Shown one piece after another: positions 40,451 to 50,802 of a stretch of 64,000 bases of DNA (positions are counted from its first letter, which is position 1; each line of letters begins with the position of its first letter). A program made the translations under genes and the position numbers. Location: contig JAQGDQ010000730.1 of assembly GCA_030141605.1 (NCBI GenBank), positions 20,245-84,244 on the forward strand, given 5' to 3'. Origin of the DNA: Tubiluchus corallicola (Eukaryota > Animalia > Priapulida). The notes below the pieces were generated by a model. That model ran no database searches and was not told the DNA's origin. It saw only the letters and a list, made by a program, of their open reading frames with translations.

Positions 40451-40966
40451 CAGGAACTAGATGTGGCAAGCAGGGGGGGGCGCAAAAATTTTCTGGGGAG
40501 GGGGGCGATGTATCCGAAGTGGTTAAGTAATGGTTAAACCAATTTTAACCCCTTTTATACTGCCTGCAGGCCTACAGTTCCAGTTTATGAGCTTTAAGCT
40601 CATGTTTTACAAATATGTACTGTTTTATATCATACCGATGAAAATAAATCTTATCTTATCTTACAATTAGCATGTGTGTAGGATGGCGTAGCGGACAGAG
40701 CAATAATGAGAAAATTAACTCTCAGTTAACCTAACGTTACTAATGTGCCTCTCACTAAATTGTTATTTACAGGAATTTATCACGCACAAGTTTTAAGAAA
40801 ATAATACGCTGAAGCTACCAAACATTTTTTTACCTAATTCTAATTCATATTGAAAATGATTACATGCGAACTGCAATTTTCACTGCAAAAAAAATTATTT
40901 GTCCGATTTTGCAGGGGGAGCGCAAATTTTGACAAGGGGGGCGCGTACCCCCCTCGTTCCGCCCCG
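40451..40966 (+). mobile_element. hAT-type MITE, family E copy 1, with a nested ~90-bp retroposon tail
   Basis: Flanks ATGGAGGC/ATGAAGGC; inverted copy at ~56430-56839 lacks 40575-40665 (AATAAA + (ATCTT)n). Confidence 0.75.
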
Positions 40967-41079
40967 ATGAAGGCAGGAAATTTACCGGTAGAAATGACCT
41001 TGTAAGTATTTCACTGTTATTTTATTTGTTACAGATTTAAGTACAACACTTCTGACAATCTCACTGACAAGCAGAAAGA

Positions 41080-43281
41080 ATGGCCATAGCTGTACAAACA
41101 GTTTCACACTCTGTGAAGATTGAACCGAACAGTCCACTGAATGAGATTGATGGTTATGCCCATGGTGGTGCAACATGTTGTAGCATGCAAACTGATGAAG
41201 TGCCAGTGAAAGTTGAAGCGAACAGTCCGCCGAATGTGATTGATGATTATGCCCATGGCGGTGCAACATGTTGTAGCACGCAAACTGATGAAGCACCAGT
41301 GAAAGTTGAACCGAACAGTCCGCCAAATGTGATTGACGATTATGCCCATGGCAGTGCAACATGTTGTAGCACGCAAACTGATGAAGTGCCAGTGAAAGTT
41401 GAACCGAACTGTCCGCTGAATGTGACTGATGATTATGCTCATGGCGGTGCAACATGTTGTAGCATGCAAACTGATGAAGTGCCAGTGAAAGTTGAACCGA
41501 ACAGTCCGCCAAATGTGATTGACGATTATGCCCATGGCGGTGCAACATGTTGTAGCATGCAAACTGATAAAGTGCCAGTGAAAGTTGAACCGAGCAGTCC
41601 GCCGAATGAGATTGATGGTTATGCCCATGGCGGTGCAACATGTTGTAGCATGCAAACTGATGAAGTGCCAGTGAAAGTTGAACCGAACAGTCTGCCAAAT
41701 GTGACTGATGGTTATGCCCATGGCGGTGCAACATGTTGTAGCATGCAAACTGATGAAGTGCCAGTGAAAGTTGAACCGAACAGTCCGCCGAATGTGACTG
41801 ATGATTATGCTCATGGCGGTGCAACATGTTGTAGCATGCAAACTGATGAAGTGCCAGTGAAAGTTGAACCGAACAGTCCGCCAAATGTGACTGATGGTTA
41901 TGCCCATGGCGGTGCAACATGTTGTAGCATGCAAACTGATGAAGTGCCAGTGAAAGTTGAACCGAACAGTCTGCCAAATGTGATTGATGGTTATGCCCAT
42001 AGCGGTGCAACATGTTGTAGCACGCAAACTGATGAAGTGCCAGTGAAAGTTGAACCGAACAGTCCGCCAAATGTGATTGACGATTATGCTCATGGCAGTG
42101 CAACATGTTGTAGCACGCAAACTGATGAAGCGCCAGTGAAAGTTGAATGCGATGTCACAGTGACTTGCACACAGACAAAAAGCAATAACGTAACAATAGA
42201 TGGTGATAGTAAGATTGAACAATTAGCTGTAAAATCCAACCATCGTGATCCTAATTATAATGACTGTCAAATATCTCACTCGACTACGCAATGTGTGCGC
42301 ATGAAACGTCACAACATTTTGTTTGATGAAACAAAAGATCCAGATGCAGAAATTCAGTTTAGCAGAGCTGCTCATAACCCGGAAGATTCCCTGAAAGATA
42401 TGGAAACTGACAGTTTAGCAGTAAAGGCAAATAAAAAGCATCATTATAATTCAACTATTGACTGTAGTCGCTCTGAGGTTCACTCCAATTCAGAGAAAAG
42501 CCGAGTCATTAATTACATAGCTAAAGACTTCAAGTGTAATTGGTGTGACGCTACTTTTGCTTATTCGTGCCGTATGAAACGCCATACAAGAATTCATACA
42601 GGAGAAAAACCTTTTAAGTGTGATTTGTGCAATGCCGCTTTTGCTCGCCGCTTCACCTCATTTGAAATGTCACATGAGAATTCATACAGGAGAAAAACCT
42701 TTTAAGTGTGATCAGTGCAATGCTCGTTTTTTACGTTCTGGTGATTTGAAGCGTCATTTAAGAATACATACAGGAGAAAAACAATTTAAATGTAGTCTGT
42801 GTAATGCAGCTTTTAGCCGATCATATCAGTTGAAATACCATCTAATGAGTCATACAGGAGAAAAACCTTTTAAGTGTGATTTGTGCAATGCTGCTTTTGC
42901 TCATTCACCTCATTTGAAACGTCACATGAGAATTCATACAGGAGAAAAGCCGTTTAAATGTACTCATTGTTGTGCAGCTTTTAATGATCTGCGTGGCCTA
43001 AAGGATCATTTAACAGCTCATTCAGGTGAAAAACCTAGTGTGATCAGTGCAATGCTCGTTTTTTACGTACAGGTGATTTGAAGCGTCATTTAAGAATACA
43101 TACATGAGAAAAACCATTTAAATGTAGTCTGTGTAATGCAGCTTTTAGCCGATCATATCAATTGAAATACCATCTAATGAGTCATACGGATGAGAAACCT
43201 TTTAAGTGTGATAAGTGTCGTGCTTGTTTTATACGTTCAAATGATTTAAAGTGCCATGCCGTAAGAACTCATACAACTTAG
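41080..43281 (+). pseudogene. C2H2 zinc-finger gene (9 fingers) with N-terminal 11 x 31-aa repeat; finger array disrupted
   Basis: Acceptor at 41034, ATG at 41080, TGEKPFKC linkers. A +4-nt change in finger 2 (~42647) leads to a stop at 42705; a -4-nt change precedes finger 7 (~43036); TGA replaces GGA at 43105; the original stop is TAG at 43279-43281. Confidence 0.82.
41113..42147 (+). repeat. 93-bp coding tandem repeat, 11 copies
   Basis: VKVEPNSPPNVxDxYAHGGATCCS(M/T)QTDEVP; no stops or indels. Confidence 0.96.
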
Positions 43282-43444
43282 AAAGTTTCTTGGATACTGC
43301 AGTTTATTTTACCAGTTATTAACAGTGATAATTAATTAACGATGAGTTAAAAGCATTCCGTGGGTTTCATAGCAAATTATTAACTCTTTTATTTACTATT
43401 GGGCAGTTCATAAACATAAAAACTTAGTTAACCAAGCTGTACAC

Positions 43445-43924
43445 CAGGGGTGTGCAAATTGCGGCCCGCCGAGAGAATTTGTGCGGCCCGCGAAGAGATT
43501 TGTCAACCTAATGAAAGTGCGGCCCGGGCAATTAATTGAGTGTATCCAGCTGAAGTCCGTGCCACGATCCCAAAGATAGTGCGGGTAGTTTTTTCTACTA
43601 GATCGGATGCCATTAACCCTTACGAGACGGTTGTAGCTTAATGTCACTGTACTACACAGACTGTGTGATACACATTACTAAAGTGCATTGTAATGAAATT
43701 ACCACTATCTGTCCTGAAAGTAGAAATATATGGTTTGTAATATCAATTTTAATAACTTCTAAAATAGTTTCTTGAGTGTAGTAGTAATGATGTACGCAGG
43801 TCGGATGCAAAAAATCGTTATTAGGTCTTTCTGTACTTGGGTCCTTGATCAAACTGCCTGTGGTCCGCAAAATTGCGGGAAAGTTTATTGTGGCCCGGTT
43901 AGTCAGATAATTTGCACACCCAAG
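43445..43924 (-). mobile_element. hAT-type MITE, family B copy 2
   Basis: Reverse complement of 22669-23150; flanks CTGTACAC/CTGCACAC. Confidence 0.85.
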
Positions 43925-43995
43925 CTGCACACATTATTGTAAACAAAGTGACATGATATTGTATGAATTAACTCACTTATATCTTAGTGTGTAAT

Positions 43996-44355
43996 CTTCT
44001 TCTTCTTCTTTCCAGCTTTTCCTTATGCGGGGTCGGCGTTGTGAATAAGTCTTCTCCACGCATTCCTGTTGTTGACCATCTCTTCATTTATATTCTTCTC
44101 TCTAAGGTCTCCGTTTATGCATTCAAACCATCTCAGCTTGGGTCGTCCTCTTCCTCTATTTCCCAGCGCTTCTAATTCCATGGCCTCCCTTCCCACGTGA
44201 TCTTCCCCGACTCTTCTTTTCAGGTGCCCATACCATCGCAATCTTGTATCTTTTTCGAGGCTTCCACTACTTTCACTGTTCCTCTAATATTACTATTCCT
44301 GATTTTATCCCTTCTTGTTACTCCCACCATCCATCTCAACATCCTCATCTCCGCC
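43996..44355 (-). mobile_element. 5'-truncated RTE-clade LINE
   Basis: RWYGHLKRR...GNRGRGRPKLRW...WRRLI; (GAA)n tail; perfect 15-bp TSD ATCTTAGTGTGTAAT at 43981-43995 and 44356-44370. Confidence 0.92.
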
Positions 44356-44654
44356 ATCTTAGTGTGTAATAACAATATTTAATTATAAGATCAACCTACT
44401 AAAGCTAAAATATGGAAATACAAATAACTGTATTAAATACTTTCGGCTGTACACTTATAAGTATAAATCTATCATTTGACTATGTAATAAGCTTAAGTAT
44501 ATCTAAGAATAACGAAATATTAAGTTGGTTGGCTTCATGGAAACCATATTTTTTTCTGAATTAAATTGGAATAAATTTGATAAAAGATAACGTACAAGTG
44601 ATGTCAATGCAAAATGATCAGAACCGCAAATAAGACATTGGAACAGAACAACAA

Positions 44655-44910
44655 GCTTCTAGTCGTAATGCGTCTGCTTTCCGTTTGGGAGGTCGTGAGT
44701 TCAAACCAGCGGCCGGGTCATACCAAAGACTTTAAAAATGGTACCTGCTTTGCCCTGCCTGGTGCGTGGTATTTAGGGTAAAAGTGGGGTAATAATAGTC
44801 TCTGTTATGTAGTTGTAGGTTGTTATTTACAGACGGCGATAATAACTCTTTGAGCTAATGTTAATTGTTCACCCAAAAGCCGACTTTAAATAAAAATTAT
44901 TGTTATTATT
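44655..44910 (+). mobile_element. tRNA-derived SINE
   Basis: B-box GAGTTCAAACC in a tRNA-like head, followed by GGGTCATACCAAAGACTTTAAAAATGGTAC and an AT-rich tail. Confidence 0.7.
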
Positions 44911-45049
44911 TTAATGCACTTTTTACAGGCATTGAAATCAAAACGCGATTTATACAGATAGTCTGAATAGAAAAAAATGTGCACACAATTGTTGAGGGGT
45001 ACAGGCATTATAATATGATGCATACATATTCGATGTCCACCTTAAACTA

Positions 45050-45398
45050 TTTAAACGGCCAAAGAAAATTTCAAACAAAGATCTGTATGAAAAAATAAAA
45101 GAAGAAGCTTGGACAAAAAAAATAAAAAGACACCGTTTAAGATGAATTGGGCATATGCTTAGACTACCTGATGATATTCCTGTGAAGATAGCTCTTCAAC
45201 AAGTCATAGAACCAGCTAAAAAACCTGCAGGAGGACAAATGTTAGGATATTTAGATTTTGCACAGAAAGATTTAAACACTTCAGCATTGATCCTTAGAAA
45301 TAAATCCACTTGGGGCATTGCGGTGAGCAGGGAGTCCTGGCATAGGGAGGTGAGCTGAATCATGTCCCTGGACGTGTGATTCCTTGGATGCTGATGAT
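45050..45398 (+). mobile_element. Degenerate RTE/RTE-X LINE 3' fragment
   Basis: KISNKDLYEK...IKRHRLR*IGHMLRLPDDIPVKIAL. Confidence 0.72.
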
Positions 45399-45508
45399 AC
45401 TTAAAGGGGGAGAAAAAGTATTCTAAAGTATATCCGAAAGAACTTTACATACAAGTTACTTTACTTAGCATTACACTTACTTTCTGAACAGTCTTCATTA
45501 ACATTACC

Positions 45509-47208
45509 ATCCCAGTGTGCACCACTGATTCACCAGAAAACACTGTAATCCCAGTGTGCACCACTGATTAATCAGAAAACACATTATTGTAATACCAGTG
45601 TGCACCACTGATTCGTCAGAAAACACTGTAATCCCAGTGTGCACCACTGATTCACCAGAAAACACTTTGTAATCCCAGTGTGCACCACTGATTCATCAGA
45701 AACCACATTATTGTAATCCCAGTGTGCACCACTGATTCATCAGAAAACACATTAATGTAATCCCAGTGTGCACCACTGATTCACCAGAAAACACTTTGTA
45801 ATCCCAGTGTGCACCACTGATTCATCAGAAACCACATTATTGTAATCCCAGTGTGCACCACTGATTCATCAGAAAACACATTATTGTAATCCCAGTGTGC
45901 ACCACTGATTCATCAGAAAACACATTATTGTAATCCCAGTGTGCACCACTGATTCACCAGAAAACACATTAATGTAATCCCAGTGTGCACCACTGATTCA
46001 TCAGAAAACACATTATTGTAATCCCAGTGTGCACCACTGATTTGTCAGAAACCACATTATTGTAATCAAAGTGTGCACCACTGATTCACCAGAAAACACT
46101 TTGTAATCCCAGTGTGCACCACTGTTTCATCAGAAAACACATTATTGTTATCCCAGTGTGCACCATTGATTCGTCAGAAAACACATTATTGTAATCCCAG
46201 TGTGCACCACTGTTTCACCCGAAAACACTGTAATCCCAGTGTGCACCACTGTTTCATCAGAAAACACATTATTGTAATCCCAGTGTGCACCACTGTTTCA
46301 TCCGAAAACACATTATTGTAATCCCAGTGTGCACCACTGATTCATCAGAAAACACATTATTGTTATCCCAGTGTGCACCACTGTTTCATCCGAAAACACA
46401 TTATTGTTATCCCAGTGTGCACCACTGATTCGTCAGAAACCACATTATTGTAATCCCAGTGTGCACCACTGATTCACCAGAAAACACATTATTGTAATCC
46501 CAGTGTGCACCACTGATTCACCAGAAAACACATCTGTAATCCCAGTGTGCACCACTGATTCACCAGAAAACACTTTGTAATCCCAGTGTGCACCACTGTT
46601 TCATCAGAAAACACATTATTGTTATCCCAGTGTGCACCATTGATTCGTCATAAAACACATTATTGTAATCCCAGTGTGCACCACTGTTTCACCCGAAAAC
46701 ACTGTAATCCCAGTGTGCACCACTGTTTCATCAGAAAACACATTATTGTAATCCCAGTGTGCACCACTGATTCATCAGAAACCACATTATTGTAATCAAA
46801 GTGTGCACCACTGATTCACCAGAAAACACTTTGTAATCCCAGTGTGCACCACTGTTTCATCAGAAAACACATTATTGTTATCCCAGTGTGCACCATTGAT
46901 TCGTCAGAAAACACATTATTGTAATCCCAGTGTGCACCACTGTTTCACCCGAAAACACTGTAATCCCAGTGTGCACCACTGTTTCATCAGAAAACACATT
47001 ATTGTAATCCCAGTGTGCACCACTGATTCATCAGAAAACACATTATTGTTATCCCAGTGTGCACCACTGATTCGTCAGAAACCACATTATTGTAATCAAA
47101 GTGTGCACCACTGATTCACCAGAAAACACATTATTGTAATCCCAGTGTGCACCACTGATTCGTCAGAAAACACATTGTAATCCCAGTGTGCACCACTGAT
47201 TCACCAGA
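45509..47208. repeat. 39-44-bp minisatellite, about 40 copies
   Basis: Unit TATTGTAATCCCAGTGTGCACCACTGATTCATCAGAAAACACAT. Confidence 0.97.
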
Positions 47209-47469
47209 AGAGGAATTTTTAAGCTTTGTTTACGTGTGCTTCTTGTGTTTTCATGTGCTTTATCTAGACATAGCTTCACAGACGAACAATGCAAATAATG
47301 TTAGCTATTGTTTTTTAAACATCAGAAACCATTTCTGCTATAATTTGTCAAACCTTTAGTCAAAACTTTTTGTTTACAAACTGCTGAATTTTAAAAAGGA
47401 ACGTAGAAGTTTGGAAACATTTCAAGAACTAAATTTTGTTCCAAAGTGCACAAAAACCAAAATCTGTAT

Positions 47470-48140
47470 TAAATTAAATTAAATTATGAATTTATTTCAC
47501 AGCAACTCAAACATACATCTAAATTGATATAACATTGAAAATAAATAAACTCTGCGAGTTACTGTGTGGAGAAGGAAGGAGCATTGAGCTTTCGAGTCCT
47601 CCTCCAGATAAGTGAAACAATTGACAATTAACATTACATTTTCATCAGTTATAGCGTACATTAGAACAAAATAAGTTTTGTTAGTAACTTAAGATCAGGA
47701 TGAGTAAAATTGTGAGTTAATTATACCGTTTTGTAGTAGGTAATTCTTTGATGCTTTTTTAAATTGATAAAGATTAAGAGTTTTCATTTCACGCGGAATT
47801 GATGACCATATTTTAATAGCACTGTATTTTGATGACTGTTTCATTATATTTGTTTTTGGAAGAGGGAGTACATAGTTTCCGACTGAATATCTTGTGTAAT
47901 AATCATGTTGATTTGAAACTGGACTAAAGTATGACTGAAAAGCTGGTGGAAGTAGTGAATTATGATAGTGATACATGAAATGAAGACAATACATGTCATA
48001 TATTTCTTTCACTTTAAGAGTTTTAACAGACAAATAAATTATATTTGTGGGATGGTCATACCTTACATGATATATTAGTTTGAGAATTTTGTTCTGGGTA
48101 ATTTGTAAAGCTTCCAGATTACTTTTATATACACCACCCT
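47470..48140 (-). mobile_element. CR1/Crack-like LINE 3' end (ORF2 tail, 3' UTR hairpin, AATAAA)
   Basis: LKVKEIY...FMYHYHNSLLPPAFQSYF...HDYYTR...IKIWSSIPREMK...FKK. Confidence 0.8.
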
Positions 48141-48210
48141 ATATGCAAAACAAAAGCTAAAAACTTTTATCTATATGTTATAAGATATTTTTCATTTAGA
48201 CTTACAGTAC

Positions 48211-50802
48211 TTAAGTAAGCATCTCAGACGTATATAGTTGAGAAATAAGTCTACTTAAGCTAGCGCCCAAGTTACGCTGTAGTTTTCCAAATTTCAACCC
48301 AGCCAACAATTGTTCTTTAGGTTTCTCATTCAGCTCGATATTATACGCCTCCAAAAGACAAGCTGGAGTTGGATACTTTTCTACAATGGAAAACGCCTTG
48401 TCGGGAGAAATCCCACTTATCTGCATCAACTGTCTGATAAACACTTCACTTACCGTCATGAGACGGTTTTTCTGTGAGCTAGCATTGAATTCCGGAAAGC
48501 TTAACAGGTGCTGCTCTCTATTGGACAAATCCAGAGTTAGTGCACCGAGCTGATCTTTTGCGCAACTATGCAGGATTTTATTCTGATATGCCTTTTGCAA
48601 GTGCCTAGACATGATGGTTAAGTATGCTGCCGATTCTTTGATGTCACGAGTTCTCTTTAGAAAAAAGTTATCGGTCACTTGCGTATTTGTGATGGCCTGT
48701 CTTAACGTTTTCTCTGGAATGCTGAAATTTGACATAGAACCGTAGTCCTCTACCAGGTAGATGGGCCTCCTCAAGCAGCTATTCTTCAAGCGGAACTTTT
48801 GTTCTCTAAACCGTCCGTCAATTATGCTGCCGGCTAAATCGTCCATTCGCTTTCTCTCTATAATAAAATCTAGAACCAACTCTTTCGCCACGGGTGCTCG
48901 CAACTCGCCCGGTCGTGGATGAACGCGCTCTCGTGCGATCCACAAAAAATCGCCCACCTGCAACTTTCTCACGTCGAAGTCGACTCCGTTAGATCTCAGC
49001 TCCGTGAAAACGTTATCGCTTCTATTCGCCTGTCTGTGATCCGGCTTCGTTTCGCCGGTGTCCACGCAAAGCAGGATGTCAAAATTTCCGGGATAGAGAG
49101 TAAAGGATGCTTGCGAACTGCAGGAGACGGTGTTTTGATTCCCACCTTTCTTCCCTAAATTACACACTTTATCTTCACTAGTTGTTTCGGAGGTTACTGC
49201 ACTGGCAAATTTTGAATCACAGCTATCACCTAAACTAATACAATCATAGTCGGCCTCGCAAAGCTTGCTATTGCTTTTATCGAAAACAGGCAAATCTGAG
49301 GACACGGCAGTCGGCGTAGAGACATTAGATGGTGGTCCAGTAGAGACATTAGATGGTGGTCCAGTAGAGACATTAGATGGTCGTCCAGTAGAGACATTAG
49401 ATGGTGGTCCAGTAGAGACATTAGATGGTGGTCCAGTAGAGACATTAGATGGTGGTCCAGTAGAGACATTAGATGGTCGTCCAGTAGAGACATTAGATGG
49501 TCGTCCAGTAGAGACATTAGATGGTGGTCCAGTAGAGACATTAGATGGTGGTCCAGTAGAGACATTAGATGGTGGTCCAGTAGAGACATTAGATGGTCGT
49601 CCAGTAGAGACATTAGATGGTGGTCCAGTAGAGACATTAGATGGTGGTCCAGTAGAGACATTAGATGGTGGTCCAGTAGAGACATTAGATGGTGGTCCAG
49701 TAGAGACATTAGATGGTGGTCCAGTAGAGACATTAGATGGTGGTCCAGTAGAGACATTAGATGGTGGTCCAGTAAACACCGATGATGGCTGTGTAAAACT
49801 ACACGATTCTATAACTGACACAGCAGCAGGTGTGGCACACGTCCTGTCCATCAAAGTGTTTAGAGTTACATCTCCAAAATTCTCCTCTTTTGTATGCTTC
49901 TTACTGACCGGCATGATATCAGCTATGTCTGCAGACATCACATTTAACACCTTCTCTGCTAAATTAACACCCTCGAATGTCAAGCTGTACTTGGCAGGAT
50001 TGCTTTCTTTCACTACATACCCCTTCTGAATTAAACTTCCCATTGATGACCATGCGGTGTAGCGGCTTCCTGGTTCTGGCTTCGTAAAAGAGGTTTCTGA
50101 TAGCGATTGTGCTGCACTCTGGAGAGTTTCTTTGGTCATCCATCCCACCCCATCAGGATCTCGTCTGTCCTCGTGCAGAGTTAATAAAATTGCATATGCG
50201 CCAGACTTGTACCTTGGAATGTACTCACTGGACTGTTTTCTTTTGATGGGTTTCTTTTCAACAGCATCTTTTAACTTCTGCTTATCAATGTTTTTGACGG
50301 GATCTGCATCATCATAAGATGGTCTTTGGGCATATGAGCTGACCGGTGATGAGCTGACCTGTGGTTTCTGAACTAGTCCTGAAATTTCGCTTTCCATACT
50401 AACATCTGCATCATCATAAGATGGTTTTTGGGCATGTGAGCTGACCTGTGGTTTCTCAACTAGTCCTGAAATTTCGCTTTCCATACTAACATCCGGTACA
50501 GAGCCGTGTGCAGCAGCGTGCTGTTCAAGCTTATCATCCGGTACAGAGCCGTGTGCAGCAGCGTGCCGTTCAAGCTTATCATCCAGCATTTTGCAAATTT
50601 TGTCGCCAAAGCCGTCCAAGATTCGTGCCTGCTTTCCACTGTCCAACTGTAACGGATACTTTCTCAATGAAGCCAAAGCTTTGGAGTAAGTGTATTGACT
50701 CTGCATCCCTTTCTCCCGCGCTTGTTGATGCCATTCTTCAAGCCACGTGACAAATAAAGGATTTGGGCATTTCTTTATCTTTTTAATTCTCGTGGAGCTC
50801 AT
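48211..50802 (-). CDS. MUS81: Crossover junction endonuclease MUS81, intronless CDS
   Basis: N-terminal HhH region (CPNPLFVTWLEEW...KYPL...GFGDKIC); winged helix (YIPRYKSGAYAILL...TAWSSM); ERCC4 nuclease motifs VDTGE, VGDFLW, ERKRMDDL; C-terminal HhH2 (LMQISGIS). Likely ATG at 50802, after an acceptor at 50841. Confidence 0.96.
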   Translation of the reverse strand: MSSTRIKKIKKCPNPLFVTWLEEWHQQAREKGMQSQYTYSKALASLRKYPLQLDSGKQARILDGFGDKICKMLDDKLERHAAAHGSVPDDKLEQHAAAHGSVPDVSMESEISGLVEKPQVSSHAQKPSYDDADVSMESEISGLVQKPQVSSSPVSSYAQRPSYDDADPVKNIDKQKLKDAVEKKPIKRKQSSEYIPRYKSGAYAILLTLHEDRRDPDGVGWMTKETLQSAAQSLSETSFTKPEPGSRYTAWSSMGSLIQKGYVVKESNPAKYSLTFEGVNLAEKVLNVMSADIADIMPVSKKHTKEENFGDVTLNTLMDRTCATPAAVSVIESCSFTQPSSVFTGPPSNVSTGPPSNVSTGPPSNVSTGPPSNVSTGPPSNVSTGPPSNVSTGPPSNVSTGRPSNVSTGPPSNVSTGPPSNVSTGPPSNVSTGRPSNVSTGRPSNVSTGPPSNVSTGPPSNVSTGPPSNVSTGRPSNVSTGPPSNVSTGPPSNVSTPTAVSSDLPVFDKSNSKLCEADYDCISLGDSCDSKFASAVTSETTSEDKVCNLGKKGGNQNTVSCSSQASFTLYPGNFDILLCVDTGETKPDHRQANRSDNVFTELRSNGVDFDVRKLQVGDFLWIARERVHPRPGELRAPVAKELVLDFIIERKRMDDLAGSIIDGRFREQKFRLKNSCLRRPIYLVEDYGSMSNFSIPEKTLRQAITNTQVTDNFFLKRTRDIKESAAYLTIMSRHLQKAYQNKILHSCAKDQLGALTLDLSNREQHLLSFPEFNASSQKNRLMTVSEVFIRQLMQISGISPDKAFSIVEKYPTPACLLEAYNIELNEKPKEQLLAGLKFGKLQRNLGASLSRLISQLYTSEMLT
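49318..49773 (-). repeat. 24-bp coding tandem repeat in MUS81, 19 x TG(P/R)PSNVS
   Basis: Near-perfect unit GAGACATTAGATGGTGGTCCAGTA on the + strand. Confidence 0.97.

Noticed and set aside
40982-42222. Two ~373-aa antisense ORFs; likewise 49230-50029 over the MUS81 repeat
   Set aside because: Shadows of coding tandem repeats
44655-44720. tRNA gene
   Set aside because: No complete cloverleaf or acceptor stem; runs on into a SINE body
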